Source: Cyanophora paradoxa CCMP329
Taxonomy: Eukaryota > Plantae > Glaucophyta
Direction: 5' to 3'
DNA length: 55,535 nucleotides
NCBI GenBank assembly: GCA_004431415.1
Contig: QPMI01000690.1
Coordinates: 1-55,535, forward strand
Made by a program: the position numbers and the translations under genes. Each line of letters begins with the position of its first letter. Positions within the stretch are counted from its first letter, which is position 1. Positions 35,165-46,043 of the stretch are shown piece after piece. The notes under the pieces were generated by a model. The model saw only the letters and a program-made list of their open reading frames with translations, was not told the DNA's origin and did not search any database.

Positions 35165-38060
35165 GCGGCGGGGCCCTGAGGGGCGCGCGGCGAGTTTCCA
35201 GCGGGGTCCAGATTTGGAGGCGGGGTACGGGACCGCCCTTCTCCTCGCCCGCCCTCGGCTTCTCACGCCCGTGCAGCGGGGCCCTGAGGGGGGCGCGGCG
35301 AGTTTCCAGCGGGGGAGGGTCGGGTCTGGAGACGGGTACGGGACCGCCCTTCTCCTCGCCCGCCCTCGGCTTCTCACGCCCGTGCAGCGGGGCCCTGAGG
35401 GGGGCGCGGCGAGTTTCCAGCGGGGGAGGGTCGGGTCTGGAGACGGGTACGGGATTCCCCTTCTCTCCCTCGCCCTCGGCTTCTCACGCCCGTGCAGCGG
35501 GGCCCTGAGGGAGGCGCGGCGAGTTTCCAGCGGGGGAGGGTCGGGTCTGGAGACGGGTACGGGACCGCCCTTCTCCTCGCTCGCCCTCGGCTTCTCACGC
35601 CCGTGCAGCGGGGCCCTGAGGGGCGCGGGGCGAGTTTCCAGCGGGGGAGGGTCGGGTCTGGAGACGGGGTACGGGATTCCCCTTCTCGCGCTCGCCCTCG
35701 GCCTCTCACGTCCGTGCAGCGGGGCCCTGAGGGGGGGCCCTGCGAGTTTCCAGCGGGGGAGGGTCGGGTCTGGAGACGGGGTACTGGATTCCCCTTCTCT
35801 CGCTCGCCCTCGGCTTCTCACGCCCGTGCAGCGGGGCCCTGAGGGGCGCGCGGCGAGTTTCCAGCGGGGGAGGGTCGGGTCTGGAAACGGGGTACGGGAT
35901 TCCCCTTCTCTCGCTCGCCCTCGGCTTCTCACGTTCGTGCAGCGGGGCCCTGAGGGGGGCGCGGGGCGAGTTTCCAGCGGGGGAGGGTCGGGTCTGGGGA
36001 CGGGGTACGGGATTCCCCTTCTCTCACTCGCCCTCGGCTTCTCACGTCCGTGCAGCGGGGCCTTGAGGGGCGCGGGGCGAGTTTCCAGCGGGGGAGGGGC
36101 GGGTCTGGAGACGGGTACGGGATTCCCCTTCTCTCACTCGCCTCGGCTTCTCACGCCCGTGCAGCGGGGCCCTGAGGGGGCGCGGCGAGTTTCCAGCGGG
36201 GAGGGTCGGGTCTGGAGACGGGGTGCGGGATTCCCCTTCTCTTTCTCGCCCTCGGCTTCTCACGTCCGTGCAGCGGGGCCCTGAGGGCGCGGGGCGAGTT
36301 TCCAGCGGGGGAGGTCGGGTCTGGAGACGGGGTACGGGATTCCCTTCTCTCCCTCGCCCTCGGCTTCTCACGCCCGTGCAGCGGGGCCCTGACTGGGGCG
36401 CGGCGAGTTTCCAGCGGGGGAGGGTCGGGTCTGGGGACGGGGTACGGGACCGCCCTTCTCCTCGCTCGCCCTCGGCTTCTCACGCCCGTGCAGCGGGCCC
36501 TGAGGGGGGCGCGGCGAGTTTCCAGCGGGGGAGGGTCGGGTCTGGAGACGGGGTACGGACCGCCCTTCTCCTCGCTCGCCCTCGGCTTCTCACGCCCGTG
36601 CAGCGGGGCCCTGAGGGGGGCGCGGCGAGTTTCCAGCGGGGGAGGGTCGGGTCTGGAGACGGGGTACGGGATTCCCCTTCTCTCCCTCGCCCTCGGCTTC
36701 TCACGCCCGTGCAGCGGGGCCCTGAGGGGGCGCGGCGAGTTTCCAGCGGGTCCGGGTCTGGAGGCGGGGTACGGGACCGCCCTTCTCCTCGCTCGCCCTC
36801 GGCTTCTCACGCCCGTGCAGCGGGGCCCTGAGGGGGGCGCGGCGAGTTTCCAGCGGGGGAGGGTCGGGTCTGGAGACGGGGTACGGGACCGCCCTTCTCC
36901 TCTCCCGCCCTCGGCTTCTCACGCCCGTGCAGCGGGGCCCTGAGGGGGCGCGGCGAGTTTCCAGCGGGGAGGGCGGGTCTGGAGATGGGGTACGGGATTC
37001 CCCTTCTCTCCCTCGCCCTCGGCTTCTCACGCCCGTGCAGCGGGGCCCTGAGGGGGCGCGGCGAGTTTCCAGCGGCCTCCTCGTACCTTCTGGAGACTCG
37101 CCACCACACCCGGTGAGAGGGGGAGCGCTAGAACTCTGACCGTACCCCACACCCCCCTACCCGCCCCCCGAGACTCGCCGCCGCCCCGAAAGAGAGCGGC
37201 GCTTAATCTCTGACCGCACCCCTAGTCGCCTCCCTCCCGCCCCCCTTGGAGACTCGCCGCTGCCCCCCCAGAGAGAGAGAGTGGCGCTTAATCTCTGACC
37301 GTACCCCCACTCCCCTCCCCCTCCCCCCCTGGAGACTCGCCGCTGCCCCCCCGAAGCAAACAGCTCTATAATATTGACCGTACCCCCAGCTCCCTCCCCC
37401 CTCCCCCCCTGGAGACTCGCCGCTGCCCCCGAAAGAGAGCGGCGCTTCATCTCTGACCGTACCCCACCTACCTCCCCCTCCCCATTGGAGACTCGCCGCT
37501 GCCCCCCAGAGAGAGAGAGAGAGAGTGGCGCTGAATCTCTGACCGTACCCCCACCTACCTCCCCCCTCCCCCCCCTGGAGACTCGCCGCTGCCCCCGAAA
37601 GAGAGTGGCGCTGAATCTCTGACCGTACCCCCAGCCCCCTCCCCCCTCCCCCCCTGGAGACTCGCCGCCGCCCCCTCGAAGCAAACGGCTCTCGAATTTC
37701 GGGCGTACCCCCCACGTACCCCCTCGTTCCAACTCCCCCGGGAGACTCGCCGCCGCCCCCGAGAGGGCGACGCTAGAAGCTCGGCCGTACCCCCAGCTAC
37801 CCCCTCCCTCCCTCCCCCCCCCCTCTGGAGACTCGCCGCCGCCCCCCGAGAGAGAGCGGCGCAAAAGTTCCGAGCCGTACCCCCGGGCAGCCCCACCCCA
37901 CCCACCCCCTGGAGACCCGCCCGACGCCCCAGAACGAGCGAGCTTCGGCGCCCCCTGGGCCATCGGCGCGGGGCGCATGGCGCCCCTGAAACTCCTCTAC
38001 CCCCTGCCTCTTGCGGCGCGGTACCCCCCTCTCTCTCGCTTGATCGCCTTGCGGGCGCGA
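35165..38060. repeat. Right arm of large inverted repeat (~111-bp array x~17, then ~80-bp array x~11)
   Basis: GGCGAGTTTCCAGCGG recurs every ~111 nt to 37072, then CTGGAGACTCGCC every ~80 nt. Inverted relative to 17395-18765. Confidence 0.9.
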
Positions 38061-38332
38061 CGTCGCGACGACGGGGTTCCCTTGGCGCGCGCAGATCCCT
38101 CGCCGAGGGCCCGCAGCCGCACCGCGCTCCGCGGCCGGCCGTGCGCCCGCGCCCCGCCCCCGCCCCGCCCCCGCCCCACCCCCAGCGCCCTCCCCCCTCG
38201 CCCCCTCCCCTCCCCCCCGCCCCCCCCCCACCTCCGCTCCCCCTTTTCCTCCCCGCTCCGTGCGATCGACTCGAATAAAAGGGACCCGATCCGCGTTGGC
38301 CCCCGGGGGCGAGAAGAGCGGGGCGGGGCGGA

Positions 38333-40141
38333 ATGAAGGCGGGCCGGGCCGCGGACCTCCTCCCCCCCGAAGCCCCGCCGGCGGCCCCCGATGCGGCGGT
38401 CGCGGTGCTCCTCTCCGGCGACCCCCTCTTCTACGCCGCCGTCCGAGCGCGCCGCCAGAGCGCGCGGAGGCGGCTCGACGACGTGGAGCCGGAGGAGAGG
38501 ACGCGCTGCCTCTACCCCTCGCTGCACCGGGCGCGCCGCACCGTACCGGCCGACCTGGCGCCCTTTTTCCGGTCCTCCGGGGCGCCGCCGCTGCTCTCCG
38601 TTTCCGCCCTGCGGCCCGGGAGAGCGCCTCGCTCGTGCTCGCCCCGTCGGCCGAGTGGGCCGTCGTCCACAGCTACGAGACCGACGGGTACCGCATCGTT
38701 CCCGTCCTCGCCGGCGAGCGGCCGGCGGTCGAGCCCGAGTCCGCGCCCCCGTGCCGGGGGCGCCGAGCTGGGGGCCCGCGGCGGGGGATCCCGGCATCCT
38801 CTTCGGCCTCTGCGACGGAAGCGTCGCCCTCTACCGGCGCGGGACCTACCGCGTCGTGCCCCCGGGGGCGGCCCGCCCTACACCACGCCGGGGCCCTGGG
38901 AGCGTGGGGGCCGCCGCGGCCGCCATCCCCGCCCGCCGCGTGCGGCGCATAGCGGCCCTCGACGAGCGCCGGGTCGCGGTGGCGGTCGGGGGGAGCGAGA
39001 GCGTGCACGTGGTGGACCTGGAGACGGGGCGCTGGGAGCCCGTCTTCCGCAACTCGCACGCCTGGCTCGTCGACATGGCGGGGGACGAGCGCGGGCGCCT
39101 CTGGCTCGAGTACACGAACACGGTGGCCGTCCGCGAGCCGGGCCCCGGCGGGGCCCTCTGCGTCCGCGCCCCCTGGCCCCGCGTGGCCCCTCCCCCCGAC
39201 GCCAGCCCCTGGGTCGTACACTCCCCCGGGGGTACCCGGTACTGGTGGTGGGCGGCGCGGTGCTGCCTCTGCGCGGGAGAGTCAGAGGGCGGGACGCGCA
39301 CACGACGCTGCGCGACGTCGTCTCCGTGCGCTACCTGCTCCCCGTCGGGGAGGCGAGGCTGCTCGCCGCCTGCCAGCGCAACTCGTTCGTCTGGGAGCCG
39401 CGGCGGCGCCGCGTCGCGTCCCTCGTCCCCCTGACCCCCGACGCGCCCCCCTCCTGGGCCGCGCCCGGGCGCGAGTCGTACCTGAGCGTCTCGCACTCGT
39501 CCTCGTACGTGCTGGGCCTCGCGACGGGCCCCGCCTCCTGGAGGCCGTTCAGCCCGAAGACGGGGGCGTGGTACCCCGAGGAGCCCGTCGCCGAGACGGC
39601 CGCCCGCCCCGATCTCTTCGAGACGTTTGGCGTCCCCGTGAGCACGTACGCCCACGCGAGCCGCCGCGGCTCCGTCCTCGCCCTCTACCGGCGCCCCCGC
39701 TACGATTCGGTCGCCGCCGGCCGGGGTACGAGCGCGGTCGACGTCTTCTGGCCCCAGCGGGGCCTGCGGGCGGGGCCCTACCGCGTCCCCTTTCGCGTCG
39801 AAGGCTCGGTCGCCGTGCACCGCGGCGTGCGCTTCACCCCCGACGAGCGAGCGATCGTGATCCCCAGCGCGACGGGGTACAGCATCTTTCCCCTCCCCTA
39901 CGCCCCCTCGGATCCGAATTCGAGCGCCTCGGCGGTCTCGAGCTCTAGATCTTGTTCACGATCGGCCGAGCTGGAGGGGCCGGGCGCAGAGCCTGCGGCG
40001 CCGCCGGCCGCCGCCGCCGGCACCGGCACCGACACCGGATCTAGGTCCGGATCCGGAGACGTCGACGCGATTGGCGTGCCGCAGGAGCCCGCGCGAGAAA
40101 CTCTAGCTAGGCAGGCGCCGGCATGCGCAGGCTTCATCTGA
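38333..40141 (+). CDS. ~600 aa beta-rich, probable beta-propeller protein (internal compensating frameshifts)
   Basis: Propeller-like strands (ILFGLCDGSVALY, VAVAVGGSESVHVVDLETGRW, VRFTPDERAIVIPS) are distributed over three frames. ATAAAAGGGACCCG 58 nt upstream. Confidence 0.6.
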   Translation: MKAGRAADLLPPEAPPAAPDAAVAVLLSGDPLFYAAVRARRQSARRRLDDVEPEERTRCLYPSLHRARRTVPADLAPFFRSSGAPPLLSVSALRPGRAPRSCSPRRPSGPSSTATRPTGTASFPSSPASGRRSSPSPRPRAGGAELGARGGGSRHPLRPLRRKRRPLPARDLPRRAPGGGPPYTTPGPWERGGRRGRHPRPPRAAHSGPRRAPGRGGGRGERERARGGPGDGALGARLPQLARLARRHGGGRARAPLARVHEHGGRPRAGPRRGPLRPRPLAPRGPSPRRQPLGRTLPRGYPVLVVGGAVLPLRGRVRGRDAHTTLRDVVSVRYLLPVGEARLLAACQRNSFVWEPRRRRVASLVPLTPDAPPSWAAPGRESYLSVSHSSSYVLGLATGPASWRPFSPKTGAWYPEEPVAETAARPDLFETFGVPVSTYAHASRRGSVLALYRRPRYDSVAAGRGTSAVDVFWPQRGLRAGPYRVPFRVEGSVAVHRGVRFTPDERAIVIPSATGYSIFPLPYAPSDPNSSASAVSSSRSCSRSAELEGPGAEPAAPPAAAAGTGTDTGSRSGSGDVDAIGVPQEPARETLARQAPACAGFI

Positions 40142-40421
40142 TATATCGATATCGATTGAATTTCGACGACTCGGCGAGTACCGTAGTACATGCGCGCGAT
40201 CGGGGCCGGACACCAACGCGATTATAAATAAAAACATCAATCATAAAACTTGCGAGCGAGCGAGCGGGTCGAATCGAAGAGGAAGGTAGGATGATAAATT
40301 TGGTCAAGGCCCGAAAGGAATTCGAAACGAACAGGCACATGCCATGATGGCCGGCAGCCTCGAACAAACAGGATCAAACAGAAAAGGAAATTCGAAACGG
40401 GACGAGGAACGCATCTAGAGC

Positions 40422-40833
40422 CTAGGCGAAAGCGGCGCCGTCCGCGAGCTCAAACGCGAGGCGGGGATCGGCGGCGGCGAGGGCCCGCATCTTGGCGAGC
40501 TTGCGCGGGCCGCCCGAGGCGGTCCGCTTGACCTCCATCTCGGCCGCGCGCGCGGCGGCGTTGGAGGGGAAGCCGTGCAGGACGGCGGCGAGGGCCCAGG
40601 GCCCGCGGCCGCGGGTGTAGGCGGTCTTGGACGAGCCCGAGAGGTGCTCGGCGAGGCGGCGGAGAAGATTCTGGGTGGATCCGACGTAGGCGAGGCCCGG
40701 GGCGAGGAGAGGAGGTAGACGACGGGGCGGGGCCGAGGCGCGCGACGAGCTCGGATGGGATTCGGAGGGTGGCGAGGGGTGGGCGGGGGCGGGCGGGCGG
40801 GGGGTACGGGGCATCGTGCGGAGCGGTGCTCAT
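40422..40833 (-). CDS. GIY-YIG endonuclease, SLX1-like catalytic domain (indels in the 5' part)
   Basis: VVYLL...LAYVGSTQNLLRRLAEHLSG...YTRGRGPWALAAVLHGFPSNAAARAAEMEVK, with catalytic Y, Y, R, H and E present. Confidence 0.85.
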
Positions 40834-41062
40834 CCCACGCCACGAGTCGGATGGGCATGTACAGTCGAGGTTGGGCGGGGCGGCAGCTGCAGGCTTTAGG
40901 AGGGAAAAAGGTCAAGATGGGTGGAGGGAGAGGGGGGAGGGGGGGGAGAGAGGGGGGGGGAGGGGGCGGGGCGGGGAGGGGAAGGGGGGGAGGGGGGGAG
41001 GGGAGGGGGGGGAAGGGGGAGGGGAGGGGGGGGGGGGGGACGGGAGCACGTTCGGCGGCGGC

Positions 41063-44000
41063 TCAGACGGCGGAATCGGCGCCCGAGGGGCGCGGCGCTT
41101 GCGACGAGCTCGAGGCGCGCGCGAGGGGCGCCTGGGCGACGGCCGGGCGCTGGGCGCCGGGCTCGCCCTCGGGCGCCCGGCGGCCTTGCGCTTCGCGCTC
41201 GAGGAGCCCGCCGCGTCGGCGGCGCGGCGGGAGCCTCTCCGGATTCGTTGATGTGCCCGGCTTCTGCGCACGACGGCGGGGCGGGTCGGAGGGGCCCAGA
41301 GCGCGGAGGCCGCGCGGGCGCCGCGGCGCGGACCTTGAGGAGCGGCCGCCGCCGCCTGCGTGGACGTGACCGCATCCGCGGCGGGCCGGCGGTCCGCCGC
41401 GCCGAGCTTGAAAGCGGCCTCGCACTGCTTGAGAGAGTCCGAGTGCATCTCCTTTACTGTACCCTCGCGGACCGCCTGTTCGAGCGTGCCGTAATCGATG
41501 TCGAAGGGCCTGCGCGCGCGTTTCGGCCCGATTCACGGCGGCCGTCGCGCGGAGCGGAGCGGGAGGCGCTGCGCGCACTTTTTCTTCGGGAGGATCTGCG
41601 TGAACACCTCTTCGAAGACTTGGTACGTGAAGCCCCCCGAGATGGCGTCGGACGCGAGCTTGTTGACGTTCTCTCTCGCGCTGCACTCGGGCAGGAAAAC
41701 TCTGCCCAGCGCCTCCGGCACGCCCGTTCCCCCAAGCCGCCTGAGCTCCCGGTGGTATCGATCGATGGCCTCGCGCTCCAGCTCGTTGATGAAGCTCAGG
41801 ATGAACATGCGCCGCTGCTCGGCGTCGGGCGGGCGGATGTAGACGCTGCGGCAAGCCCCGGATGTCAGATCTAGAGGGCGGAATGCCGCGCGGCGGAGGC
41901 CTCGGGTTGGGGGTACGGCGCACTGCTTGGGGAACCGACGGTAGAATTTTCCCTCCAGATTCAAGGGGTAGTTTGTCGCCGCGATCAAGACGGGCCCGCC
42001 GCCCGCGGCGCCAGCCTTGCGACGTGCCCTGAGGTCACGTGCCAGCGCGGACATACCTTTCGCGCACTGCGGGCGGGCCGCGGGCGGGGCACGGTGAGCT
42101 CTGGGGCGGGGCGCGTCGCCGATCGCGACGACCCTCGGGACGTGCACCTGATCGGAGATGTTCTTGTGAAACTTGTCCCCGTTGCCGGACGCGCCGGCCT
42201 TCGGGAAGAGCGTGTCGACTTCGCTGCGGGGCCGGGCGGGCCGGCGCGTCGGACGGCCGCGGGGCACGGGCGTGGCCATGGAGTGGCGCGGGCCGAAGCG
42301 CACTCGCACAGGAAGACGACGTCCGGGAAGTGCTTGAGAAAGGCGAAGAACGCCTTGACGATGTTCTCAGACTCGCCGTACTGCGCATGCGGGGCAACGT
42401 CGGCGGCGGCGCGTGGGCCGAAGGTTCCGGGAGCGCGCACATATTTGCTGGTTTGAGTGTGGTCGTACTCCAGGAGCGCAAAGTTCAGCCTCCGCGCGAG
42501 CTCGCTCGCAAACTCCGTCTTCCCGTCCCCTGCAGCGGCCGGCTGGTTAGGAGCGGCGAGGGGCGAGGAAGGAAGCGACGCCGGCGGGCGCGCGCACGGG
42601 CGGGCCGTAGAGGAGAATCCCGTCCGGGGCTTTTTGGCGGAGTCGGGGACGTGGGGTCCCGGCGCCGCAGGATCATCGCCGAGGTATGCGTAGGCGCTCC
42701 TCAGCTCGTCGAAGAGGTCCGCCCGCCCGACTGGCGGGGCGTTCAGCGACGGCGTCGTGTCCCCGAACGCGACGGGCGCAGGGATGCGTACCGTATTCAC
42801 GTGCCGTCTGCTGCACGACGTCGGCGGACTTGAAGGCCGCGAGGATGGACTCTCTGGCGAGCGTCCGCACATCGGCCTGCCCGATCACCTGCACCGCCTT
42901 TTCCAGCGCCGCCTCGAGTGCCGCTTCGCTAGACGCACGAAGGCGTGAGACCGCGCGGGGCGGCGAGGGGCGCCCGCGGCTGGCGGGCGCGCGGGGCGAG
43001 GCACCTGCCACTGGGTCCCGGAGTGAAGAGCGCGCTCTCCGGGTCGAGGACGGGGAGGTCGCCGTCGAGGAGAAACTCGAGCGACTCGCCGTCGCCCTGC
43101 AGCCTCTTGTCCCCCGTAGACGCAGCTCCACGAGGCGCTCCCGGGCCGCATCGATGAGAGCCTTGGCCTCCGCCAGCGCCCGCGCCTTTGTGCGCTTGTT
43201 CCCGTTCTCCTGTTTCCCCGCCGGGCCAGCGGCGGCCGGCGCCGCGTCCCCCGCCGAGGGGCTGGCGGCGGGCGCCGCATCCCCCGCCCCCACCGGAGGG
43301 CAGGCGGCGGGCGCCGCGTCCCCTGCCTCAGCCGCGGGGCCCGGGGCCGGCGCCGCGTCCCCTGCCTCAGCCGCGGGGCCCGGGCCCGGCGCCGCGTCCC
43401 CTGCCTCAGCCGAGGGCCCGGGGCCGGCGCCGCGTCCCCTGCCTCAGCCGCGGGGCCCGGGCCCGGCGCCGCGTCCCCTGCCTCAGCCGAGGGGCCCGGG
43501 GCCGGCGCCGCGTCCCCTGCCTCAGCCGCGGGCCCGGGCCCGGCGCCGCGTCCCTGCCTCAGCCGAGGGGCCCGGGGCCGGCGCCGCGTCCCCCGCCGAG
43601 GGCCTGGCGGCGGGGGCCGCATCCCCCGCCCCCGCCGTCGCCGCAGGCGGGACAGCCGTCGCTTCGGGCGATTCCAGCTCCCGCTTGGCGAGGGCCGCCT
43701 GCCCAAGGGAGCGGAAGGGTCGTTGAGACGCTTGATGTGCTTTCGGGTCGTGTAGGGGCCGATCTGCCGCAGGGCAGGGAACGCACGCAGCGCCTCGCCG
43801 ATGTTGCGCATCCTCCGAAGCTGCGGCGCGGCGCGGGCGGGATTGGCGGCCGGAAAGAAGGGAGGGGAAGGGGGGGGGGGGACGGGAGGGGGGGAGGGAG
43901 GGGGGGAGGGGGGAGGGGGGAGGGGGGAGGGGGGTTCTGCACGGGCGGACCGCGTCGGCGAGGTTCTTCGCGCCGGTCCGGTCCTCCTTCTTCCGCTCCC

Positions 44001-45698
44001 CCGCCTCGAGGTCCTGGTCGGCCTTGCGGGAGATGGTGTTGTCGCGGAACTGCTGCACGCTACCATTCGTCTCGAGCGTGAGCAGCTCCGCAAAGTCGAA
44101 CGCGAGCTTGGGGGCCTCCGGATCGCCGGGATCCTTGAGGTTCTCCAACTTGGGGTCTCCCGGATCAGCCTTCTCCCGCATGTTCATCTCGACGATGTTG
44201 TTGATCTTCTCGCTCTTCACTTCTCGGCCACCTCGAACGAGAATGCGGCCTTGCGCTTCCCCTTGGAGTCGCTCGCTAGCTTTGCGCCAATCCGCCGGCC
44301 CTCGGACTCGCAGAAGAGCGCGATGTACTGCGGACGGTGCGTATGCGCCATCAGCGTCGATCGCGGCGGCCGGGGCGGGCGGGCCGGGCGGGCGCGCGGT
44401 GGTGGGGACGCGGACCGGACCTGGCATGCGATGACAAAGGCGCCGGTGCGCTCCTGCTCGGAGACTTGGAGGATGCGCTGGGTGTTCAGCATGTACGGAT
44501 CGAGCTCCCTGTACCGTGACGCGACGTTCTTATGTGCGAGATCACGTCCGTCGGAGCGTAGAGGTTCCGGGCCCCCGCGGGGCGCTCGCCGACTCTGACA
44601 AGGGTCCCTCGCGGGGACCGAGGCCACTCCGGCGATCGCTCGGCCCCGCCCCTCCTCGCCCGCGCCCGGCGCCGCGCGTGCATGCCCGGCGCGGCGGCCG
44701 CCGGGGGCCCCATCCGGAGCCGCCGATGCCACGCTGGCGGCGACGGCGCCGGCGGCCGGAGGCGACGGGTTGGGCTGCTCATTCTTGTAGCTGTAGGCGT
44801 CCCTCCAGCCCTCGAGGAGGTTGTCGACGATCTTCTCCGCCTTTTCCGCCATGCGCTTCTTCAGGAGCTCGCTCTCGTCGCCTCCGCCGCCCGAGCTCGG
44901 CGGCTTGCCGCTCCTGGAGTTCTTCTTTTTCTTCTTCTCGCCGTCGCCGTCCTCCTCGCTGCTGCTGCTGCTGCTCCTCTGCGTCTTCATCCGGATCCTT
45001 GTCCGAACCGCTGGCGCTGGATTCGTTGTCATTGGACGAATTCGGAGCGCCCTTGTTTCTGATCTTGTCCTCGAGCGCTGCCTGGTTGTTCACGCCGTTG
45101 GGCGTGGACAGAGCGCGATCCTTGAACAGCTTCCACTGCGCCTCCTGCTCCTTCCTCTTCTTCTTCGGCGGCTCCGTCTTCGCCGCCTCCGCGTCGTAGC
45201 ACTCCACAAACTTTGCGTGGGTGTTCTCCACCTTTTCGAGCCCGTGCGCCGCAGCTGCGCGCGGCGCCGAGCGGTCGGCGCGGGCCCCGACCTGGTAGCG
45301 CGGGGGCTCGTGGGGGCGTGTGCACCATTCACCCACGGCTCTCTTGTATTTGGCAAATTGCCTTATCGAGGAGAAGCAGAAGATACAGAGCCTGAGGCGC
45401 TTGGGGCACGTCGCCTCGCACAGCGAGACGGGAGGATCCAGGCTTTCTTGCACCCCGTACAGATGCCGCGGCCGCGGGGGCCTCTGCGCAGAGGCGCGCG
45501 CGCCTGTCAGGGTCCGCGCGCGGCGGCCGCGGGCGAGGCCTAGGGGCGACCGCGGAGCGCACGGGAGGCTCCAGGTTTGGGTTTCTCGGCGTCAACTTGG
45601 GGACCTTCGCGCTCGCGGGCCGCTGGCGCCTCTTTGCGCCCGGGATCCTCCGGATTCGTCCCCTCGCCGTGCTTGGCGGTCTTGCCCTCGCCGCTCAT
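41063..45698 (-). CDS. Large intron-rich protein with C-terminal classical AAA+ ATPase domain; ends approximate
   Basis: GILLYGPP|GTGKT (split by an intron, 1-nt slip), SKY|YGESENIVKAFF, VVFLCD|EVD, LIAATNYPLNLEGKFYRRF, VYIRPPDAEQR. The long charged N-terminal region is interrupted by GT..AG introns. Confidence 0.75.
43235..43640. repeat. ~39-bp coding minisatellite (AGDAAPAPGPSAE-like units) inside the AAA gene
   Basis: GGCGCCGCGTCCCCTGCCTCAGCCG is repeated about 7 times, with flanking variants. Confidence 0.9.
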
Positions 45699-46001
45699 GA
45701 TCGTCGAGCACCGGCCGTCGGCGCGCGCAGCCGCAGCTGCAGGCTGCAAATGCGGTGATGAGCGCTAGTACGCGTACGGCGTGGCGCACAGCGGCCGGCG
45801 GCGCGGCTACCGTAGTACCGGCCCGCGGGGTAGGGCCGCTAGGCTAGCTATCATAGACTAAGATTCGAATTCATTGTACTACGGTACATAGCTAGGTCAC
45901 AGCCTAGGTGTGTGCACGTGTGGGCGTATCGCTAATTTTGCGGGGTAATATAAGGCTGCTTCTCATCCGCTAGCCTGAGCTAGGGAATTATGGTGGAGCC
46001 G

Positions 46002-46043
46002 GAAATTAGTGGACTGAGTCAAGATTTTCAGTCCACTAATTTC
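46002..46043. other. Perfect 16-bp inverted repeat with 10-bp spacer; candidate recombination site or circle junction
   Basis: GAAATTAGTGGACTGA-gtcaagattt-TCAGTCCACTAATTTC in lower-GC non-coding DNA. The structure is certain, the function is inferred. Confidence 0.6.

Noticed and set aside
37060-37102. 13-bp inverted arms as an FRT/loxP-type crossover site
   Set aside because: The 17-bp spacer is too long for a canonical YR core and the left-arm counterpart is degenerate. It is kept only as a motif polarity switch.
34883-37978. Many overlapping ORFs in the arrays (WKLA/LETR/GNSP peptides)
   Set aside because: These are translations of stop-poor tandem DNA repeats in all frames.
38333-40141. 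Beta-rich ORF as a jelly-roll capsid protein
   Set aside because: The pattern fits propeller blades better, and no packaging ATPase or terminase is seen. A highly divergent capsid cannot be excluded without a structure search.
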